From the human T2T-CHM13v2.0 reference genome, Homo sapiens: a stretch of 64,000 bases of DNA. A program made the translations under genes and the position numbers. The DNA lies in the NCBI RefSeq assembly GCF_009914755.1, contig NC_060931.1. One strand, written 5' to 3'. Shown here piece after piece: positions 56,261 to 64,000 of the stretch. The notes beneath the pieces were generated by a model. That model was given only the letters and a program-made list of their open reading frames with translations. It had not been told where the DNA came from and made no database searches. Every line of letters begins with the position of its first letter. The first letter of the stretch is position 1.

Positions 56261-56419
56261 CAGGACCAGCTACGTAATTTGTGAAACCCAGTGCAAAATG
56301 AAAATGTAAGGTCCCCAGTTCAAAAAGAATTAAGATTTTCAAGATGGTGACTGCACAGCATCAAACCAAGTGTGGACCCCGTGGCACTGCATGGGTGGCA
56401 GGCCATGTGGTCAGCCCTG
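56261..56419 (-). mobile_element. MER45A (hAT-Tip100) inserted in a MIR (~56080-56450)
   Basis: caggaccagctacgtaatttg...cagtgcaaaatgaaaatg...cagccctg. 8-bp TSD tctttcag/cctttcgg. Confidence 0.8.
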
Positions 56420-56898
56420 CCTTTCGGATGATAAACACTCAATAGATGGTAGCTGTCATCATCTCTTACCACCCTCACAACTCGTATTTGCACCTCACCC
56501 TCCCCTCAGGCTCTCTTCAACTTGGAAAGTTTTATGAAATCATTCCAAAAACAGGCACTGGTGTCTCAGAAGCACCCAGAGTTTATAAGACAAATAACTC
56601 ACCAAAATGAGTAATCTGAAATACATATTAACACAGTCTCATGAAAATGCACACCTACCTTAGGCCTTTGCTCTAGTTCTTCATCCTGCTGAGCTAACAC
56701 TCTTACCTCCTTCCAATTTTTGTTCAGATCCATTTTCTATGGGAAGCTTGCTCTGATCACTCAGTTCAATCCCATAGTTTGCTCTTCTTCCACCTTGTAT
56801 TCTCTATCCCCCTCACCTTGTTCTACTTATACGTTTTCCATAACACTTATTTCATCCAACATAATCACTTCTTTATAATGTTTATTGTTTATGTTCCC

Positions 56899-56900
<2 letters not shown>

Positions 56901-56948
<48 letters not shown>
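56901..56948. repeat. (AC)24 microsatellite within an L2 3' remnant
   Basis: Directly visible. Confidence 0.95.
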
Positions 56949-56950
<2 letters not shown>

Positions 56951-58610
56951 ATATAAGCTTCTAGAAGTCAGGGATTTTGTCTGCTTCTGTTCACTCATGT
57001 TTCCAAGTGCTTTATATATTCCACAAATATTAATCGAAAGAACAAATATCTCTCTGACTGAATGAATAATCAGGCCATCCTTTTTCTACATAAAGATTCA
57101 GCTAGAGTAACAAACAGCTCTGCCCCTGGATATCTAACAGAGTTCAGGAAACAGATGGGAAAATTATCTCCCCACCTCTCCCAAACGTCCCTTAGTTTGA
57201 GAGAAATATAACCCAATCATTTGTGCTGCTAAACCAATACCTCTTTCAACAGTAATTCATATGCACAGTTTGTTGCACTGACTTGCAGCAATGATGAGCA
57301 GCATTTTACAGGAATGAGCTGTTCACAACAGACATGTACCTAAGTGGAGGACATAATAAGCATTTTTTAAAAATAGAAATAAAAGAAAAATAATCACACA
57401 TTCCTGCTTTATCACAATGACAGAAAAACTGGGCTGTTAATATCAAAGCAAATGTAAGGCCTCTACTCCCTGAAAGTGTGCATAAGGTGTTAGTTAGAGC
57501 CAGTCCAAGCAGTTCTTCCCAGAGTGAATGCCACAGTCACGGGTAGCATCTCGCACCTTTCCCTGTGAACTCACAAATGCAAGCTACAGGGCCAAAGAAC
57601 AGCAAGGTAGATGCCTGTGCGTAATTCATCCCACCAGCTGAAAGACAACCCCCTAGCTGTGGCATTGCAGCTGCTGGATGAGACACTGTCACAGCGAAAG
57701 AATACTTCAAGAACAAAAGAGAAGGGCTGCCCCTCTGCATATGGATAAAATGTAGCCTGTCAGTAGAAACTCCTGGAGCACCCATTCATCAAAAGATATT
57801 TGAGGAACAACATACTCCAAGTTCTTTACTGAGGACAGGAAGCACATCTGGTACCCCAACCTCCGTGCTGCCCACATAGTGTCCCCATGACAAGCTCAGC
57901 AAGCAAAGCCCAGAAGATCACACTGAACATCTGGCTTTTGCCCCAGCATGAACTACCACTCCCTCTCAGCCCTGCACTCTGCATTTTTTTTAAACAAGCC
58001 ACTCTCAGCCACCACAAATACTTCGGTGGGAATCAGCAGGGAGGCCCTCATTCCTTGTCTCAAAATAACGTCAGCCAGAGTCAAAGGCCAAAGAGGTGGA
58101 GCCTGCAGGCCATTTTGCGAAAGTTTCAAATATCTTGGTACTGACCCCATTAAAAAAGCGTGAAGGGGAAGCAGCCAAGCCTCCAGTGGTTTTCTCATTA
58201 GTGTCCCCCCTCACCCCAGCCCCACCCCCATTACAAACGTCTGCATGGATAAGAATCAAACAAAGAGATCTTGCATAAAGTCCTATGATCAGTGCTGGCT
58301 ATTGAAAACAAAATTTCATTTTGCAAACTTAATACCAAAAACTTGACATTAAAAACTTTAAAAGAAATGTGCGTGCTCTGGGACAGCTTAATCCCCAAAG
58401 AGATCTCTGAGGCATTAGTATAAGACTGAACAAGCAACTGGTGAGCTGTCCCACCTTCCCCAGAGCCTTTCTTAAATATGCAACTGTCTCAGATTTTCCA
58501 TACTCCTCTGCTGGTTTTTCCTCCGAAGAGGGAGGAAGGAGACTTCTTGGTCGTACAGTTTAAGAAAGCAAATAAAGCCGCCTTTCTCCTTAACGTAGAG
58601 GAGCCCTTTC

Positions 58611-58611
<1 letters not shown>

Positions 58612-58661
<50 letters not shown>
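58612..58661. repeat. (AC)25 microsatellite ~480 bp into intron 1
   Basis: Directly visible; continues as cgtgtac. Confidence 0.95.
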
Positions 58662-58664
<3 letters not shown>

Positions 58665-59138
58665 TACTTTTTAAAATATAAATATGAAAGAAGAGGAAGG
58701 GAGGGAGAGAGGGAGAGAGAATACGAGACAGATGAAAAGGAAATGCTACTTAATCTTGTCCAGTTTTTGAAAACCTCAAAAAAAAATCAATAGCAAACTA
58801 GGCGGAGGCATGTTATTCTCAAAACACACACTCCCTCTCCCGCATTACAGTACTGTTAACAACAGCAAATGATATTACAGATGGAAAAAGCCTCAGGGAA
58901 AAAAGCATGAATTGTTAAAGGAATACAAAGTGGCATTACTCTCATGAGAAATGTAAAGGGGCCAGCTGCCCGCCTTCATCTGCTCAGACATTAAAGTACA
59001 CCTCGCCCAGGACCTCTTGATTCTGACCATGCCCTGCCCCAAACCCTGCCTTCCCGGGTCCCAGGACTCCAGCTGCTCCTCGCGTGACAACACTTGCCCG
59101 CTTTGAAAGCCCTCCTGCCCCGCCCGCCGGGTCCTCAC

Positions 59139-59240
59139 CGTGTGGTACATGAGGGCCTCGCCGTCCCCGGGCTCTGACAGCTCGCTCAGCTTGCGGTCCC
59201 ACTGCAGCACGCCCTGCTCCCCGCTCTCCAGCACCTCCAT
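59139..59240 (-). CDS. CREB3L2: CREB3L2 (BBF2H7) coding exon 1, 34 codons
   Basis: The translation MEVLESGEQGVLQWDRKLSELSEPGDGEALMYHT matches the recalled CREB3L2 N-terminus. The ATG has a strong Kozak context (gcaccGCCATGG) and the exon ends at a phase-0 donor ACG|GTGAGG (GT at 59138-59137). Confidence 0.97.
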
Positions 59241-59620
59241 GGCGGTGCGGGCCGCGCTGGGCCGAGGATGCTAAGCGCAGGAGGGGACGCGCAGAGCTGC
59301 CTCGGACCGGCAAGGTTCCTCTCTCTCCGCGTGTGCTTGCGTGTGTGCGCGCGCGTGTCTGTAGTTTTGCACTTGGAAAGCAAACGTCTGCTCCTCTGCC
59401 GGAGAGAGGATGGCCAAGCGCTCCCGTCCGGTGTCCTCGGAGATCCGAGAATCCCCAGGGACACGAGCCGGACCAAAGGCTGCCGGGGCTAAAGCGGGAT
59501 GTGCATCCAAAATGAAGGCAGAAGACCCGCTCTCATCCCAGGAAAATCCCTTAGCCGCAAGCCCACTTGCCGCTACGGCTCCAGACACAAACTTTGAGGG
59601 ACCCCAGGGCTCCTCGGCTC
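59241..59620 (-). other. CREB3L2: CREB3L2 5' UTR (exon 1 leader); upstream boundary approximate
   Basis: GC-rich leader contiguous with the ATG. The TSS is inferred to lie just downstream (minus sense) of the CCAAT/GC/CRE cluster; its exact position cannot be read from sequence. Confidence 0.7.
59489..59536 (-). other. Upstream ORF MRAGLLPSFWMHIPL* in the CREB3L2 leader
   Basis: The minus strand reads ATG AGA GCG GGT CTT CTG CCT TCA TTT TGG ATG CAC ATC CCG CTT TAG. These are the only two ATGs between the main start and about 59700. Confidence 0.7.
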
Positions 59621-59639
59621 TGCTCCAGGACCCAGCTGC

Positions 59640-59940
59640 GGCCCCACCTCCCTCCAAGGCTTGACCAATTGGATATCCGCCTTGCCTAGCAGACCCAATC
59701 AGAAGTCTCATTCTCGGCTTTGTCCCGCCCCCAAAGGCAGAGGCCGCGGGAAGTCTCCGCCCACGCCTTGGAATGTAGCCGGGGAGTGTCTGTGACGTCA
59801 CCGAGGAACTCCTCCTGCTTGAGCGCGGCCCGCTGTCGGCTGTCGCCTACAGCTGACCAATAGAGGGCTTGGGTCCGGAAGTGATGGACTGGAGGCTTGA
59901 CTAATGTGAAAGGGGCGTCTGAAAGGTACAGCCAATGAAA
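59640..59940. promoter_or_regulatory. TATA-less CREB3L2 promoter with CRE, CCAAT boxes, GC boxes and an ETS site
   Basis: Palindromic CRE GTGACGTCAC at 59792-59801. CCAAT at 59665 (as palindromic CCAATTGG), 59695, 59857 and 59932. GC boxes near 59724-59732 and 59757-59767. ETS/GABP CCGGAAGTG at 59875-59883. Confidence 0.85.
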
Positions 59941-60018
59941 TAGCGACAAGAATACATTTTGTAAAAGAGGGAGGGTGAGTTCAGTCCTCTTGCTGAGAAT
60001 CCTCAGAAATTTACCAGC

Positions 60019-60037
60019 GCGCCGACAGGGGGCGCGA
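60019..60037 (+). promoter_or_regulatory. CTCF-like motif at the CpG island edge
   Basis: GCCGACAGGGGGCGC compared with the core consensus CCRSYAGRKGGCRS (one mismatch). Confidence 0.55.
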
Positions 60038-60868
60038 GAGTTGTTGCGCGGGGGGCTTAAACATTTTCGAGTACTTTAGTTCATTTGAATCTCTCGGAAT
60101 TTTTTTAATGGATTACATATTATACAAAAATACAAATATTCCTCATGCACATACATTTATATTAGTGCAGCTCTAGGAAATTGTCATTGTTCTTCACCTT
60201 TTTCGCCCATTTTCTGTTGGGTTCTTCTATTTTTTATGGACTTCACTTATTGTATGTTTTTCTTTCATCTGCTTGATAAGAGTCAATGGCATGCTTTTCC
60301 AGGTCCTACAGAAGTGAGCCCAGTCCTTGAATTCATAGAGCTTTTATCTCAGAGGAGTCAGGCAATAAACAAAGAAATAAACATTTAAATTCAGAAAGTG
60401 GAAATTGCTATAAAGAAAAATAAAAGCAGGAAAACAGGATGCGTCAAGATCGATGCTATTTTACGTGCTGATCAGGGAAGTTCTTCCTAAAGGAAATGAG
60501 ATTTCGGGGGAAGCTGGTATTCACGTGATTGCTGGGGAGGCCAGTGTGGCTGCAGCAGAGGTGCTTGGCAGGGAGGGGTGGGAAAGGCCAGAAAGGTGAG
60601 CCAGGGCCAGAGCACCAGGCCTGCCTCCTAGAATAGGGAAGAGATGGCCTGTTCTAAAGGAATTCCCCCGAACACTGTGATTCTTCTTCCTCCTTTTTAA
60701 TTCCAAAAATATAGTTTACCTATCTTAAATATAAAAGCAGGTCTTTGCCAGTTAGCTCTAGAAGTTTCTTACAATGGCACATTCAGGTATTAGCTATTGT
60801 GTTGTTTCCTTGGCAAGTATTTTTTGGCGGGTGGAGACAAATGTCTTTGAACTCTATGTTGTCTTTAA

Positions 60869-61236
<368 letters not shown>

Positions 61237-61424
61237 TTTTGAGATTATTTTAATGCTTAAATAGAAGCTCTAGTTTATGGGCACACACCTTCCTTATATA
61301 ATAGTTTTCTCATTTTTCTCTTAGGTTCTTGGTTTTTCTTTTCCAGCCTGGTATCCCCTTCATCACATTCTTTCCATAGATTGCTCTTTCCATTTTTAAA
61401 GACCTTTCTTATTTTTTTAATCTG

Positions 61425-61807
61425 TCACTCAATGTACAATGGGATTACATCCACATAAACCCATCATAAATTGAAAATATCGTAAGTCAAAAATGCATCT
61501 ACTATACCTAACCTATCAAACATTATAGCTTAGCCTAGCCTACCCTAAGATGTGCTCAGAACACTTATATTAGCCTACAGTTGGACCAAATCATCTGGCA
61601 ACACAGTACTAGTTATTTACTGTCATGATTGTGTGGCTGACTGGGAGCTATGGCTCCCTTGCACCAGGAGAGAATACCATATTGCGTATTGCTAGCCCGG
61701 GAAAAGATCAAAATTCAAAACTCAAAGTACAGCTTCTACTGAATGCATATCTCTTTCACACCATCATAAAGTCAGGAAATCATAAGTCATAAGTCAGGAA
61801 CCATCTG
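61425..61807 (+). mobile_element. MER47B-like (TcMar-Tigger)
   Basis: ataaacccatcataaattgaaaatatcgtaagtc...tagcttagcctagcctacc...gctagcccgggaaaagatcaaaattcaaaa...accatctgTA. Confidence 0.8.
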
Positions 61808-61891
61808 TACCTCTTCCTTAATGTAGGAATACAAACATTTATCCGTGAAGCATTTCTGCTTTTGACAAAGTCTAATCCTGCTTATACCCCA

Positions 61892-62400
61892 TGTAGTAGC
61901 CAGTTTCCAAGATGGCATCTAGTGATCCCACTTCCTGGTGCTCACGCTCTTGTGTAATTCCCTCCTCTTGAGTCTGGGCTAGACCTGAGGACTTTCTTCT
62001 AACAGAATATGCCAAAAACGAGAAGATGTCAAAAAGATTATGGCTCCTGACTTGCTTGTTTCCTCTTCCTCTCTTGCTTGCCTGCTTTAAGAGAAGCCAG
62101 CTGCCATGCCATGAACTGCAATGTGAAAAGGCCAATGTAGCAAGGATATGTCCAGCCAACAGCCAGTGAGGATCTGAGGCCCTCAGACCAGCAGCCCATG
62201 AGCAACTGAATTTTGCTAATAACCATGTAAGTGAACACAGAAGTGGATCCTTCCCCAGGCGAGCCTTCATAAGTCCACAGACCCAGTCAAGACTTTGACT
62301 GCAGCCTTGTGAGAGCCCCTAAGCCAGAGGACCCAGCTAAGCCACGTTCAACTTCCTGACCTGTCAGGTAATAAATGTATGTTGTTTTAAGCCACTAGGT
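61892..62400 (+). mobile_element. MLT1F-like MaLR LTR
   Basis: tgtagtagccag...ccaagatggc...tgactgcagccttgtgaga...acccagctaagcca...ttgttttaagccacta. Confidence 0.8.
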
Positions 62401-63114
62401 TTTTCCTTTGTAAAATATGTATTATGATCATTGGCACCCTAAATGGTTTGGTTAAACTTACCTGTACTCTAATAATAGCATCACAATCCCTCGTGGTGGG
62501 TTTCTCCAGCCTCCTTTGTTTCACGTATACTTCTCTGTTAAATGTACACACAACTTCTTACCAGCCTGTCTTCCTGTTTTGCATTTTGAAAATGAAATTC
62601 TTTCCCTTTTCATCTCCTTAGAACTTAGCAATGTAGTTGACTCTCCTTCCAGCTTCGCTGGCATCCTTGTTCTGCTGTCTGTTATTAATAGATTCATGGC
62701 ACTTGCACGACTGGAAGTCATACTCTCCCAAAATGAAAATCAGATGCATTAGCCAACAAGACATTTCTCTGATTTTTTTCTGATATTATTTGCTATCTTT
62801 CCATGTGTCAGTCTATTTACAAATTTGTTCTATGTGCTTTCTATACCTTCATCTCAATTATTAAGATAAATTGTATCTAGAATTGGGCACTTGACAGATC
62901 CCCCACATCATGAAAATAGAATCCGCCTTCCAAGTTCTCATGGTCCCATTCATCGGCATGCTTTTTATTTGACTACTCGATAAAAATTAATCTATTGAAT
63001 TTTCCTTTTTCACGTCCTGTACTTTTTCAGTTTATCCACAGGGATAACTGTTAAGTACCTGCTTAATTCCAGACACCATTGTGTATACATTTTTCCAGGT
63101 TTAAAACTCTGTTA

Positions 63115-63385
<271 letters not shown>

Positions 63386-64000
63386 AAAGTCTGCCTAAGC
63401 CAACGTGAAAAGGCTGTGCAAAGGCATCCCTGGTGCCACATCCTGACACCGGCACATGACACAGCTGTGAAGACTTGGTCTTCTCAAGTGATATTGTTGG
63501 CCAAAGAATGTGTGTGGGGTTACAGTTGGCTTATCAAGGTCTCCCTCACCAAATGGTGAGGATTATGTGAAGGGGAGAGGAAGGCATACTCTATTGGTTT
63601 CCCAAGGCTACCATCACAAAGTACAACAGCCTGGGAGGCTCCAAACAACAGCAATGACTCTCCAAGGTGTATGTCACCCTCTAATGTTCTCTGCCTCCTC
63701 TCTTTCCTTTGTACCTGTCTACTCAAGAGCTCATCTCAGCCCTTCCCCAACCAACACACTGAGTTCTCCGAGTACAGCCCCCTTGCCATCCTTACTGAAA
63801 CCATTTGGGATTACTCAATCAGAGTTGCATTTTTTCAGATCATCTCATTCCTCTTGGGCGGTTTTTTTTTTTTTTTTTAAATAATACAACAAACCATGGA
63901 ATCCTGCCCATTTCATCTCTGACATTGTTTTAATAAATTCTGAAGATGTATTTATTTTACTCCTCCATGCTCTTGACTTTCTACTATCTGTTGAGATTTT

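Larger units (their letters stand above)
59020..60060. promoter_or_regulatory. CpG island spanning CREB3L2 exon 1 and promoter
   Basis: CpG density and GC content rise sharply relative to the CpG-depleted flanks. Boundaries are by eye. Confidence 0.9.

Noticed and set aside
58893-59240. 115-aa ORF starting at the CREB3L2 ATG
   Set aside because: Only the first 34 codons are exonic. The rest is read-through past the GTGAGG donor into intron 1.
59271-59801. 176-aa minus-strand ORF across the promoter and leader
   Set aside because: It starts at a GTG inside the CRE, and its first ATG (59711) is upstream of the probable TSS. Long open frames are expected in GC-rich islands. It would matter only if far-upstream TSSs exist.
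59660-59940. ERSE (CCAAT-N9-CCACG) or ERSE-II in the promoter
   Set aside because: None of the CCAAT boxes has CCACG at the required spacing.

Overview
This is primate, almost certainly human, genomic DNA from the 5' end of CREB3L2 (BBF2H7, an ER-stress bZIP transcription factor; chr7q33 from memory). The gene is on the minus strand. Coding exon 1 (MEVLESGEQGVLQWDRKLSELSEPGDGEALMYHT, 59139-59240) lies in a CpG island whose promoter has a CRE, four CCAAT boxes, GC boxes and an ETS site. Positions 1-59138 are part of the long intron 1, and about 60.1-64 kb is upstream sequence. The rest is ordinary mammalian repeat content: about 22 Alu copies, L1 3' ends, L2/MIR, nested MaLR LTRs, DNA-transposon MITEs (MER82, MER85, MER47, MER45A, MER5) and microsatellites. 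There is no prokaryotic-type system, CRISPR array or second protein-coding gene. The most interesting signals are regulatory or RNA-level: a 15-aa uORF in the CREB3L2 leader, a divergent splice donor at the promoter, a candidate intronic bidirectional promoter with an antisense exon chain at about 10.8-15.3 kb, an ~820-bp TA-rich array with a 26-bp higher-order period, an unexplained ~175-bp dispersed duplication, a MER85 that keeps its CSB-PGBD3-type palindrome, and a candidate recursive splice site with an in-frame microexon. Repeat subfamily names come from recalled consensus sequences and need RepeatMasker/Dfam confirmation.
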